Below are positions 55,424-63,633 of a stretch of DNA of 64,000 nt, in pieces (position 1 is the stretch's first letter; every line of letters begins with the position of its first letter). A program made the position numbers and the translations under genes. This DNA comes from a virus (lineage: Duplodnaviria > Caudoviricetes): positions 1-64,000 of the IMG/VR virus record IMGVR_UViG_3300046490_000096. One strand, 5' to 3'. The notes below the pieces were generated by a model, which saw only the letters and a program-made list of their open reading frames with translations, made no database searches and was not told the DNA's origin.

Positions 55424-55743
55424 TGCGTCACGAAACGAGCGAACGATTCCACAGCCTCCGCCGAGCACTCATGGATCGCCGCCACGTCCAGTAGGAGAGT
55501 CGACGCGATGGTGGCGCCGATCCTGGACTCCGCCATCCTCGGGCCACAGAGTCCGAAGGCTGCCAAACTCGTCACGCCGCCGGTCTTCCCGTGCCAATAG
55601 CGAATGTTCCGCGCCTCGTACAGACGCACGCTCTTGTTCTTGACCACCTCCGCATCGGTAGACTTGATGTGACCAAACCACAGCCCATAGCTCCCGTTAC
55701 CTACGATGACCCACCTCTTCGCGATCTTCTTTGCCTTACTCAT
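55420..55743 (-). CDS. DUF6948-like protein
   Basis: WVIV..YGLWFG..VRLYEARNIRYW..TSLAAFG..IHECSAEA. Confidence 0.7.
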   Translation of the reverse strand: MSKAKKIAKRWVIVGNGSYGLWFGHIKSTDAEVVKNKSVRLYEARNIRYWHGKTGGVTSLAAFGLCGPRMAESRIGATIASTLLLDVAAIHECSAEAVESFARFVTQ

Positions 55744-55775
55744 GTTGTCCCTCTCAGTTGGATTTCGTTCCTTCT

Positions 55776-55815
55776 CCCCTGTATATGCGTCTCGCTCGAA
55801 ACGGCTTCGATCAAA
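55776..55815 (-). promoter_or_regulatory. Repeated promoter motif class 2, copy 2
   Basis: 40-bp stretch nearly identical to 60114-60153; overlaps the ssb stop. Confidence 0.7.
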
Positions 55816-56245
55816 ATGGAACGTTTTCGTCCCCTGCTGGCGGCGCCTGCGACGACGTGTCGAAGTCGTTCCGAGGCACCTGGCTGCCGGTGTCGCGGTC
55901 TTTGCCGTTGCCGTTGGGCTTCCCCAGGAATACGACGCGTTCTGCGACCACGTCTGTCACGTAGCGCTTGATGCCTTCCTTGTCCTCGTAGTTCCGGGTC
56001 TGCAATCGGCCCTCGACGTAGACCTGCTGCCCCTTCGTGAGATACTTGCCGCAGTTCTCGGCCGACTGGCCCCACACAGTTACGCGGATCCACTCCGTGC
56101 GCTCCTGCTTGGCTCCAGCCTTGTCCTTCCACTGTTCGTTGCAGGCCAGGCTAAGGTTGCACACGGGCTGATTGCTTGCTGTGAACTTCAGCTCGGGGTC
56201 GGCTCCCAAATTCCCAATGCCGAGCCATTTATTGACGCTGCCCAT
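55811..56245 (-). CDS. ssb: Single-stranded DNA-binding protein
   Basis: VNKWLGIGNLGADPEL..RTEWIRVTVWG..KGQQVYVEGRLQTR..acidic tail ENVPF. Confidence 0.97.
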   Translation of the reverse strand: MGSVNKWLGIGNLGADPELKFTASNQPVCNLSLACNEQWKDKAGAKQERTEWIRVTVWGQSAENCGKYLTKGQQVYVEGRLQTRNYEDKEGIKRYVTDVVAERVVFLGKPNGNGKDRDTGSQVPRNDFDTSSQAPPAGDENVPF

Positions 56246-56246
56246 C

Positions 56247-56603
56247 CTACGCCAGTGCCTCGGCCATCGCCTTGACCGTGGCCAAGAACAGATGATCCTT
56301 CTGCTGCTGTGCAGGCGGTAGCTCGGCGTATGACACAAAGCGCGGGTGCTCCTTCTTCTCCGGATCCTTGACCGGGCCGTACTTCCATCCCGTTGCGTAC
56401 TTTTCGGCAAGCCACGACTCGTGCGACTGCTCTGGCGTGTTCCCAGCGAGCGCACCAGCAACGCCATTGATGGCTGACGAGCGCTGCCAGTCGGGAGCGT
56501 CCTTCCATGCTGGCTGCGACAGGTCGCCGTGGGCTTCGCAGTAGATGCGGTTCATTTCGTGGGCAGCTTCTGCACATTTTTCGATTTTCTGTTGTGTATC
56601 CAT
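56247..56603 (-). CDS. RyR-domain protein
   Basis: AEAAHEMNR..PEQSHESWLAEK..GWKYGPVKD..KKEHP..Y.ELP..QQ.KD. Confidence 0.85.
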   Translation of the reverse strand: MDTQQKIEKCAEAAHEMNRIYCEAHGDLSQPAWKDAPDWQRSSAINGVAGALAGNTPEQSHESWLAEKYATGWKYGPVKDPEKKEHPRFVSYAELPPAQQQKDHLFLATVKAMAEALA

Positions 56604-56866
56604 CAGACCCTCTCCTTCTTTCGTTCCGGTTCCTTGGGCGACCTGCTCACCATGAAGGCATCCTTCTGGACGATCTTCAGGGCCGCCCTCTTGATCTTCA
56701 ATCGAGCTGGGAACTGCGCGCAGCACTCCGGGCAAAGACAGGGGAGAGCTCGGCGGGATTCCCGGCTGCTGCTCACGATGTCGGCCTCGCTGGTTGTGGC
56801 GCCCATAGGTACAGCTTCCCGCGCACAACCCGATCCTTCGTCCAGCCGGCTTTCTTGTAGCAGCAC
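56603..56866 (-). CDS. Small hypothetical protein
   Basis: 87 aa with CLCPECC; TGATG coupling. Confidence 0.4.
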   Translation of the reverse strand: MLLQESRLDEGSGCAREAVPMGATTSEADIVSSSRESRRALPCLCPECCAQFPARLKIKRAALKIVQKDAFMVSRSPKEPERKKERV

Positions 56867-57303
56867 CCTGGATTGGTCGAACGCACGTTCTTAATTCCGA
56901 TCTCGGTGCGCAGTCTCTCGACGGGAAGTTCACCGTAGCGTTTGAGCCACTCCGCATAGGTCATTTCGAGGGCCGCGCGCACTAGATCCGACGATCGCTC
57001 CTCGCCGAGGTTTCGGAAGACCATGTTGCGCCAGATGTACCGCGGCGCCGAGTCGGTTGCTCCTGTGCGCCCTCGGCTTGCCCCGGTCCCGCGTGCACTC
57101 GGTGTCCGCTGCCGAACCACCGCCCACACGGCGTCGCCGTCGTCGGTAACGAGTACAATCTCTTGGCCTACGCCGGTGAACGTCTTACTCCCTGGCGTGC
57201 GGCGAGAATAGTGCGGCCCCTTTCCTGCGTGCTTGCCGGTGCCATCGACAACGTCCAGGGCGCGCCGGTCACTGGACGATGACAATGTCCAGCGAGCGAT
57301 CAC
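56773..57303 (-). CDS. Mom-like GNAT-fold DNA-modification protein
   Basis: HYSRRTPG..F.GVG..IVL; W.N.VFRN..RSSDLV; STNPGCCYKKAGW. Confidence 0.7.
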   Translation of the reverse strand: MIARWTLSSSSDRRALDVVDGTGKHAGKGPHYSRRTPGSKTFTGVGQEIVLVTDDGDAVWAVVRQRTPSARGTGASRGRTGATDSAPRYIWRNMVFRNLGEERSSDLVRAALEMTYAEWLKRYGELPVERLRTEIGIKNVRSTNPGCCYKKAGWTKDRVVRGKLYLWAPQPARPTS

Positions 57304-57599
57304 GACGGCCGATTCTCCGTCGCCTGAAACGCCTTCGAGAATGCCGACACGACCGCCGCCACCTTGGCCATGGCTTCGTCGCCTGCGTTGTAGAGCTTCA
57401 TCCGCTCCACGAACAGCACCACGGCTGCGGTCTTGGATACGCTCGGAGCCTCGGCCTCGAATAGCTCGACTAGCTTTCCCAGGAAGGTCAGCGTCTCGAT
57501 CACGACCGGGGCGATTTCGCGATCTGGGATGAGGCGAGTCGCCCGGATGTGATCGGCGGCTTCGAGGGCGAGGACTTCTTCGGCGGTCTTGTCGTTCAC
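57300..57599 (-). CDS. Hypothetical protein
   Basis: 99 aa, helical, coupled overlaps. Confidence 0.55.
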   Translation of the reverse strand: MNDKTAEEVLALEAADHIRATRLIPDREIAPVVIETLTFLGKLVELFEAEAPSVSKTAAVVLFVERMKLYNAGDEAMAKVAAVVSAFSKAFQATENRPS

Positions 57600-57603
57600 G
57601 TTT

Positions 57604-57933
57604 TCACCTTGTGTTGATCCAGTAGCTCGTCAGCGCCCGCTCGCCCAATTCCCGGCACTCGGGGCACGTCGCAAAGTCGTATTCCTGCGTCCACTTTTCC
57701 CGGATGCTCGCCCCGCAGATAGGATAGCCACCCACTCCAAAGTGCATGATCGCCGGCTCTGGGAAGAGCAATGAAGGCAGTGCGGAACGCTTCTGTAAAG
57801 GCTCCGGAAGAGACCCGACTCGCCACCATGCCCGCCACCAAATCCGCCTCCATCCCCCGATAGCTTCGAAGCGACTCCGGGCCCACGCCAGTCTCCCGAC
57901 CTGCACTAGCCAGATGTTCGGCGCTTCCTGCAT
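57604..57933 (-). CDS. Hypothetical protein (reading frame ambiguous with 57596-57943)
   Basis: C-terminal PICG..CPEC looks real, but the alternative frame has the better overlap. Confidence 0.3.
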   Translation of the reverse strand: MQEAPNIWLVQVGRLAWARSRFEAIGGWRRIWWRAWWRVGSLPEPLQKRSALPSLLFPEPAIMHFGVGGYPICGASIREKWTQEYDFATCPECRELGERALTSYWINTR

Positions 57934-58184
57934 CGCTTGTCACGACGTGAGCCTACTGCCACCTTGGCCGCGGTAGCAAGGAATCCCGCCTCGACGGATC
58001 GGTGGTACTGCTCCAGCTTCCACTGATGCATGAACCCTAGAACAGTTCCCCTCCTCTTGTAGCGCCAGAGCTTCGGGTCCTCGTGGTTGTCCTTGAGCAT
58101 CTCGAAGGCTTGCTGATAGCTCAGCCCGCACCGGAACGAGTCGTAGCCGGGAAGGCCGCGCTTCGCGCCCCACTTCGAGGCCAT
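57906..58184 (-). CDS. Hypothetical protein
   Basis: 92 aa, protein-like composition, adjacent to the upstream stop. Confidence 0.5.
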   Translation of the reverse strand: MASKWGAKRGLPGYDSFRCGLSYQQAFEMLKDNHEDPKLWRYKRRGTVLGFMHQWKLEQYHRSVEAGFLATAAKVAVGSRRDKRCRKRRTSG

Positions 58185-58457
58185 TCACCGGATTTCCCTC
58201 GCGTCCGGCAACGCGCCCATGTGCCGTTTCCTAGCCGCGTCTTCCTTCTGCACCCGCGTCTGCCAGGCCCTGTATTCCAAAGCGTTCATCCTTCGCCTGG
58301 TCGGGTACTGCGACGGCTCCGGCTCCAATCCCGTGCGCAGACCGGCCGCCTTCTTCGCCCTACATCCTGCGCAGCGCTCGGTGTAGGTCGGAGTCTCCCC
58401 TGCCTCCTTGCCCTTGCGGCACTGGGAACAGGTGTAGGGCTTCGCGGATTTGCTCAC
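58185..58457 (-). CDS. Zn-finger hypothetical protein
   Basis: CSQC..CAGC; GTG start. Confidence 0.5.
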   Translation of the reverse strand: MSKSAKPYTCSQCRKGKEAGETPTYTERCAGCRAKKAAGLRTGLEPEPSQYPTRRRMNALEYRAWQTRVQKEDAARKRHMGALPDAREIR

Positions 58458-58750
58458 CACACACCTGCCTTGTGCGCTTCGTAGGCATCCTTGTAGAGCA
58501 TGATTGCCTTTCCGACCCTTCTCAGCACAGTCGGATGCAGCGGCCTCCCGCGCTTTCCCTTGGGCGTTATCACGAGTCCGCCGTCCTTGTTCACGGACAG
58601 TGCAACCTGGCTCGCCCCGTTGACCTTGCACACCTCGCGTATCCCCTGCTCCGTGAAGGTCAGTCCCGTGGCGTGACAAATCTTCTCGATGTCCCGCAAG
58701 AACTGCCTCTGCGTGTGGACCGTCGAAGTCTTGTAGGTGCGGTCGCGCAT
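58454..58750 (-). CDS. Hypothetical protein
   Basis: MRDRTYK start, or an in-frame GTG at 58828. Confidence 0.5.
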   Translation of the reverse strand: MRDRTYKTSTVHTQRQFLRDIEKICHATGLTFTEQGIREVCKVNGASQVALSVNKDGGLVITPKGKRGRPLHPTVLRRVGKAIMLYKDAYEAHKAGVW

Positions 58751-58824
58751 GGTGATTCGCTCCTGCCGGCGGCGGCGTTCGGTCGTCGGGTTGGCGTGGC
58801 CGAGTCGGCAGCGGGTGCGCTTAC

Positions 58825-59196
58825 TCACGACCTCGCCACCCTTCCCAAGTCTTCCATCATGCCCTTCACCGGAAAGCCCTTCGGATTGCCACTGATGACC
58901 GTGAACCCCGTCCCCACTGAATGCACGACGGACCGGCGAGGAGACGTTGCCTTGTAGCCGGAAGGGGTCCGCTCGAAACTGCACACCTTCTCGGCGCCTT
59001 CGATGTCGAAGCCGAGAGCGCAGACTTCAGAGAGAGCAGCGGAGGCCCACTGGGTGAACCAACTCGTAATGTCTCCCATCTGCCCAACGCGGTCGACGAT
59101 GTCCGCCTCGTCCCCAACTAGATCCATCTTCGATGTGCCGTTCTCCCAATTCACCTCCGCGCGAAGAAGAGCGTCCGCCCTTTGCGCCCGAGTCAC
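58825..59196 (-). CDS. Hypothetical protein
   Basis: 123 aa, coupled overlaps. Confidence 0.55.
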   Translation of the reverse strand: MTRAQRADALLRAEVNWENGTSKMDLVGDEADIVDRVGQMGDITSWFTQWASAALSEVCALGFDIEGAEKVCSFERTPSGYKATSPRRSVVHSVGTGFTVISGNPKGFPVKGMMEDLGRVARS

Positions 59197-59924
59197 TGCC
59201 CACCTCCCAGCACGTCCGCGTGCTTCTGCCGGTGCAGAGCAATCCGGTCCCGCAGGCGTTCGATGCGGTGGCGAGTCCCGGCGCTGGCGGCGAGGATGCG
59301 GGCGGAATCACCCTGCACCTTTGCGACCTCGTCAGCCGCCGACGCGCTCGCCTTCAGTGCCGCCTCGCGGACACCTACCGCCTGCATGACCTCGGCGCAC
59401 TTCACGTCGGCCAGTGCCTTCAGTTCGTCGATTTGCCCAAGCAACTCGCTGTAGTCCATGCGCGCGGCATCCTCTGCGCGCCTCGCAACGTCCGCCTCAG
59501 TCGACGCCACCGCCGACTTCACTTGCGCATCCGCAATCCCCGCATCGTGGCCCTTGATTCGCTCCGCCAGCTCGGCCTCGGCCTTGTCCAGCTCGATCTG
59601 CAGCCGGTCCAGCTTCGCCTGCACCAGCTTGCGCTCGGCCTCCGGGTCTTTCACCACCCGGCCAATCAACTCCACCGGAGCGTCGCCTTTAAGCTTTCTG
59701 TTCATCGCCCGCACCGCGCAGCCACAGATGCGGCTCTCGGTCTTGCCCTCGCGCTGGTAGTCCTGGAATCCCTTCCCATTGCACCATCGGCACTGCGGGT
59801 TGGCCATCGAGAGAACCTCCGACAGGGGCGCTTGGCCCAAGTCGAGTTTCACCATCGGGTCGGCGGAGCGCGGCGGCTGACCCGGAGGTACGAGCGGAGC
59901 TTCTTGGGACTGTTCGGTGTTCAT
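59193..59924 (-). CDS. Zn-finger plus long coiled-coil protein
   Basis: CRWCNGKG..ICGC followed by an Ala/Glu-rich coiled coil. Confidence 0.65.
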   Translation of the reverse strand: MNTEQSQEAPLVPPGQPPRSADPMVKLDLGQAPLSEVLSMANPQCRWCNGKGFQDYQREGKTESRICGCAVRAMNRKLKGDAPVELIGRVVKDPEAERKLVQAKLDRLQIELDKAEAELAERIKGHDAGIADAQVKSAVASTEADVARRAEDAARMDYSELLGQIDELKALADVKCAEVMQAVGVREAALKASASAADEVAKVQGDSARILAASAGTRHRIERLRDRIALHRQKHADVLGGGQ

Positions 59925-60097
59925 CGTGTTTCCTTCACCGCTGCCATGCATTCAGCGGGTCCGCCGCCCTTGCTCAGACAATCCGCAAAGGCTTCGTTGC
60001 TTTGCCTCTGACCCATGATTCTCATAACCGTCAGAGCCACGACAATGGCAACAAGTGCCAGCGCCACAATCCAAAGTTGCTTCGAGTCTTCGTTCAT
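59921..60097 (-). CDS. Small single-pass membrane protein (58 aa)
   Basis: Manual translation MNEDSKQLWIVALALVAIVVALTVM..CLSKGGGPAEC; first gene after a class 2 promoter. Confidence 0.6.
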   Translation of the reverse strand: MNEDSKQLWIVALALVAIVVALTVMRIMGQRQSNEAFADCLSKGGGPAECMAAVKETR

Positions 60098-60113
60098 TGC
60101 CTCTTTCCCCTCT

Positions 60114-60153
60114 CCCCTGTATATGCGTCTAGGCCGAAACGGCTTCGATCAAA
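60114..60153 (-). promoter_or_regulatory. Repeated promoter motif class 2, copy 3
   Basis: Overlaps the last codons of the terminase ATPase gene. Confidence 0.7.
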
Positions 60154-60929
60154 TCTGGGTAATCGTCTCCACCCCCGACCACGGTCTGTTCCACCTCCGT
60201 GCAGTCGTCGGAAATGCTCTGCCGCAAAGTGCACCACCGGGGCCGCTGCATGAGATGGTGAAGGGCGTCGTCTTGGTGCCACGTTGTGCCAATAGCAAGC
60301 ATGTTCCCGTCCGGCTCCAAGCGGGAAAACCACGTCTCTTCCAGCAGCGAGAGCACCCTGCGCCGCTGGATTGGGTCCATGCTGTTCTTTTGGTCCACCA
60401 CGTCATCTAGCAACTCGATATCTGCGCGTCCACCAATGCCCGTCGTGAAGATTCCGCGGGCCTGCACCGTTGGGTCGACCGCATGCCCCACGCGCTTCAC
60501 GTAGAGTTCGTGCCCCGTCCACGCTCCGCCGCTCACCACGCCTGGGAACACCTGCCGATAGACCACGGACTCGAGAATGCGCTTCACAGCCCCCACCCGC
60601 TTGCTCGCCGAGTCGTCGTCGTTGGTGATGATCTTGATGCGCAGGTTCGGGTCTTGACCGATCATGTAGGCGCATAGAGGTACAAGTAGGGAACTTGACT
60701 TCCCATGGCCGAAGGGCGCCAGCGTCATACATCTTAACTCACGAGTCCAACAGTAGTTCAGGTGCCGAATCCAGGACATGTGAATCGGGGCCAGCTTGAT
60801 GCCGACGCCGTGATCGTCCTTCACGGCGAGCGCGATGAAGTTGGCCAAACTCGTGCGGGCCCGCGCCACCTTCGCGTTCCACAGGGCAGCGAGAGCGCGC
60901 GCGGGCGATGGCTTATGCTGTGGGGGCAT
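60129..60929 (-). CDS. Terminase large subunit, stand-alone ATPase half
   Basis: Walker A APFGHGKS, GIGGRAD, Walker B IELLDDVVD, coupling motif IGTTWHQDD; stops before any nuclease domain. Confidence 0.9.
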   Translation of the reverse strand: MPPQHKPSPARALAALWNAKVARARTSLANFIALAVKDDHGVGIKLAPIHMSWIRHLNYCWTRELRCMTLAPFGHGKSSSLLVPLCAYMIGQDPNLRIKIITNDDDSASKRVGAVKRILESVVYRQVFPGVVSGGAWTGHELYVKRVGHAVDPTVQARGIFTTGIGGRADIELLDDVVDQKNSMDPIQRRRVLSLLEETWFSRLEPDGNMLAIGTTWHQDDALHHLMQRPRWCTLRQSISDDCTEVEQTVVGGGDDYPDLIEAVSA

Positions 60930-61332
60930 CGTCCTTCCGTCCAAACTTCGCCAGCAGCCACTTCGCGACGAAGTCCAAGGGACTCGATACGATGGGAAAC
61001 GCCGGGTCCCCGGTCATGCCCATCGGCTCGAAACGCATGCCCATAAGCTTCCTGACGCTTGGTTCGAACGGGACGCCGTACTGCCAAGCCATACTCAAAC
61101 TCATCGCTACCGCGTCGAGGGCGCCCCTGGCCATGGAGCCTTCCTGATCAGCCTTGATAAACACCTCGCCGGGCCGTCCGTCTTCGTACAGCCCAACGTG
61201 GACGTACATTTTGAGCGGTCCGCGCTTGATTTCCTTTCCGCAGTGCTCGCACTTCTTCGGCTGGCGTGGGATGCGGAACGCCTTGCAGACGCTCTTGCGC
61301 TCGTCCGGCAGGCGCATTCGCTCTGGCGTCAC
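60913..61332 (-). CDS. Stand-alone TSCPD-domain protein (class II ribonucleotide reductase C-terminal-like)
   Basis: RLPDERKS..MYVHVGLYEDGRPGEVFIK..SMAWQYGVP..FEPMG..SSPLDFV. Confidence 0.85.
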   Translation of the reverse strand: MTPERMRLPDERKSVCKAFRIPRQPKKCEHCGKEIKRGPLKMYVHVGLYEDGRPGEVFIKADQEGSMARGALDAVAMSLSMAWQYGVPFEPSVRKLMGMRFEPMGMTGDPAFPIVSSPLDFVAKWLLAKFGRKDDAPTA

Positions 61333-61772
61333 GGCGTCCCCGCCTTCTTCCGCCGCGCCTCTTCGAGCATGCGCATTAATTGCTGGATGAATGTCTCACC
61401 GCCCGGCGCTTGGGTCACACACCACTCTTTGTGGACCCTATTGAATTCGGCCTCGGTAAGCTCCGTGCGTGGGCGGACTTTCGCACGCTGGGCCTCGGCT
61501 GCCCTGATGACCAAATCCGCGTGACCACTCGCGGAGTTTCCAGCCTGCCCCCATGCGGTTTCCCACAGCGCGTACACATTTACAATCTCGACCTCCGTCA
61601 GCGGCTCGACCTCGACGCCGGTCTTGAGGCGGGAGACCTCGGCTTCGAGTTCGGAGCACTTGGCGACCAAGGCGGCCACGGCGTCAGGCAGCGTCGTCTG
61701 TTCCGCTTCCAGTACCGATTCTGGTAGCAGTTTCACCGTGGCCGCGGACGCCCTGCACGCTTCGACGCTCAC
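61329..61772 (-). CDS. Hypothetical protein
   Basis: 147 aa, helical. Confidence 0.55.
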   Translation of the reverse strand: MSVEACRASAATVKLLPESVLEAEQTTLPDAVAALVAKCSELEAEVSRLKTGVEVEPLTEVEIVNVYALWETAWGQAGNSASGHADLVIRAAEAQRAKVRPRTELTEAEFNRVHKEWCVTQAPGGETFIQQLMRMLEEARRKKAGTP

Positions 61773-61774
61773 GG

Positions 61775-62017
61775 CTAGTCCTGACCCGGTTCATTCGGGA
61801 CAACGATGTCGGTCCAGTGGGTGACGTAGTCCGGGAAATCATCGTCACCAGGCGAACCAGAGTATGGAGGCTCGACGACTGGGAACTTCCACCACAGCTT
61901 CGGCCCCTTGTCTTCGTGCCACTCGCTCATCGGCCTAGCTGGGAACATCGCGCGGGATGGCTCTTCCCTCCCCTCGGTGGTAGCCTTCAGCCGTTCCCGC
62001 ATTGATGGGTCGCTCAT
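61775..62017 (-). CDS. Hypothetical protein (DUF551-like WxE..THW pattern)
   Basis: PMSEWHED..LWW..VTHWT. Confidence 0.5.
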   Translation of the reverse strand: MSDPSMRERLKATTEGREEPSRAMFPARPMSEWHEDKGPKLWWKFPVVEPPYSGSPGDDDFPDYVTHWTDIVVPNEPGQD

Positions 62018-62196
62018 GGCTGTGCCTTTCGCAGTTCCGCCCGAATCTCCATCCACACCAAATCCGAGACGAACACGTAGCACTCAAAAACGGCGTTGGA
62101 GTAGCGGCAACAAGCGTCTCGGCCATTGCCGTTCTGCCAGTGCTTCGCCGCACACAACAGCGCATCAGCCTCGCGGAGTCGCTGGGCGCGGGTCAT
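62014..62196 (-). CDS. Small hypothetical protein
   Basis: 60 aa, ATGA overlaps. Confidence 0.4.
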   Translation of the reverse strand: MTRAQRLREADALLCAAKHWQNGNGRDACCRYSNAVFECYVFVSDLVWMEIRAELRKAQP

Positions 62197-62546
62197 GGGA
62201 TAAGCTCCACCGTGCGTCCGCCGTGTTCATAGATGCTCCCACCGTCACCGATGGACACAATAGCGTCGCTGTTCAGATGCTTGGCTAAAGCCCGCTTGAT
62301 TGCCGTCTCAGCGTTTTCCACGTAACGGTCGAAACTAGCCTGCAGCTTACTCAGCGCCTTGTCCGCATCTCTGCGGATGTCGGCTTCGCGGTCCCCAGCG
62401 GGCGGAGAGTAAAACGCCATGCCGTAGTTTTCGTGTGCACCTTCGACGGCCCCGGCCAGGTGCTCAGCGCTTTCCGGCGTTAGCTCTAGGCCACATTCAT
62501 CGGCCGCCTGCGAGATGCACTCGCGCCAATATTCGGAGGGGGTCAT
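62193..62546 (-). CDS. Conserved phage hypothetical protein
   Basis: MTPSEYWRECISQAADECGL..HENYGMAFY. Confidence 0.6.
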   Translation of the reverse strand: MTPSEYWRECISQAADECGLELTPESAEHLAGAVEGAHENYGMAFYSPPAGDREADIRRDADKALSKLQASFDRYVENAETAIKRALAKHLNSDAIVSIGDGGSIYEHGGRTVELIP

Positions 62547-62881
62547 CGTACCGCCCTCTCGGTGAGGAGCTTGCGCACGCATTCCAGCAGTATCGGATTG
62601 TTGCAGTTCTCTTTGTGCAACTCGATGCAATGGTCGATGTACTCCAGCGCAGGCGCCACGGCCTCGTCGATGCAGGCGCGGGCGTAGGCGTCGATGGCAG
62701 CCTTGGATTCTAGCGTCGCCAAGTTCACCGCGGCCACGTCGCGCCTCACGTAGTCCTCGCCGAACTCCATCATCTTCGACATGCCCAACAGCGTACGTGC
62801 GCGCCCTTCTTCGGTGAGGGCTTTGTCAAGTACCTCGCGCGCTTCCGCCTTCCGCTGGGCGGGGTTCATGGGGTCGCTCAT
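62543..62881 (-). CDS. Hypothetical protein
   Basis: 112 aa with AAGG RBS. Confidence 0.55.
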   Translation of the reverse strand: MSDPMNPAQRKAEAREVLDKALTEEGRARTLLGMSKMMEFGEDYVRRDVAAVNLATLESKAAIDAYARACIDEAVAPALEYIDHCIELHKENCNNPILLECVRKLLTERAVR

Positions 62882-62920
62882 GATTTTCCTTTCCTCACCG
62901 ACTGTGCGGCGGCTCGCTGT

Positions 62921-63280
62921 TCACTCATCGGCTTTCACCCTGCGTCCATTGCAAACGAATGCTCTGCACCGCGTGCACTGCGCTTCCCAGTAGTAGCAAT
63001 GGCGATACCAGCGATTTGGCGTTCGGTGCAACCCAAGCCAGCACAGCAACCTCCCAATCATTACCGTCTCCCTGGCCTGTTCGTGCGCCTGGGCTTGGCG
63101 GGCGAGGTTGGCGCGGATGTCCTTGGCCGCCGCGCGCTCCGCGAGTGCCCGCATGTCGGCGGCGACGGCGTCTCGCAATCCCTGCGACGTGATGAATGGC
63201 CACACCAGGTCGTGCCCGCGTAGCCACTTGTCCACCGCTGGCGTCTCGCTGCCCGCCTTGGGCGCAGGCTGCGCGCTCAC
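62921..63280 (-). CDS. Hypothetical protein with C-terminal LLCWLGLH..CTRC motif
   Basis: GTGA-coupled start; the end resembles small prophage DUF1660-like peptides. Confidence 0.45.
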   Translation of the reverse strand: MSAQPAPKAGSETPAVDKWLRGHDLVWPFITSQGLRDAVAADMRALAERAAAKDIRANLARQAQAHEQARETVMIGRLLCWLGLHRTPNRWYRHCYYWEAQCTRCRAFVCNGRRVKADE

Positions 63281-63633
63281 CTCAACACCAGCATCATGTC
63301 CTGTGCCGTGGGCCCGAGCGCCCGCATTTTGCGCGCCATCTCGTCCGACGACTTCGCGCCCTTGGCCAGGATCTTGTTCAGCGCGCGTGGTGGAAGTTTC
63401 GAGAATGGCTTGCGGGGTAGCTTGGGCGTGCGTTGCATTGGTATCTCCTTGGGGCTCGGGCGCGGCGGGTGGCTGCGACGAAGCATTTCTCCATTCAGCA
63501 ACACTGCCCACGGCAAACGTGACCCGGGGAAGGCTTGTAGGACCTTGTGATTGCCTCTGTGCCACGAGTCGAGAATGCGGCACCATCGTCCGGGGTCCGA
63601 TGGGTCCACCTTCCATCTCACTATTTTGCCCAT
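63277..63633 (-). CDS. Basic hypothetical protein (possible internal start at MQRTP)
   Basis: GGAG RBS upstream; strong internal AAGGAG RBS. Confidence 0.45.
   Translation of the reverse strand: MGKIVRWKVDPSDPGRWCRILDSWHRGNHKVLQAFPGSRLPWAVLLNGEMLRRSHPPRPSPKEIPMQRTPKLPRKPFSKLPPRALNKILAKGAKSSDEMARKMRALGPTAQDMMLVLR

Noticed and set aside
49600-60200. Excisable element or split intein rejoining the terminase halves
   Set aside because: No convincing direct repeats at the junctions, no recombinase in the interval, and no intein Cys/His-Asn motifs. Both halves have normal starts and stops.
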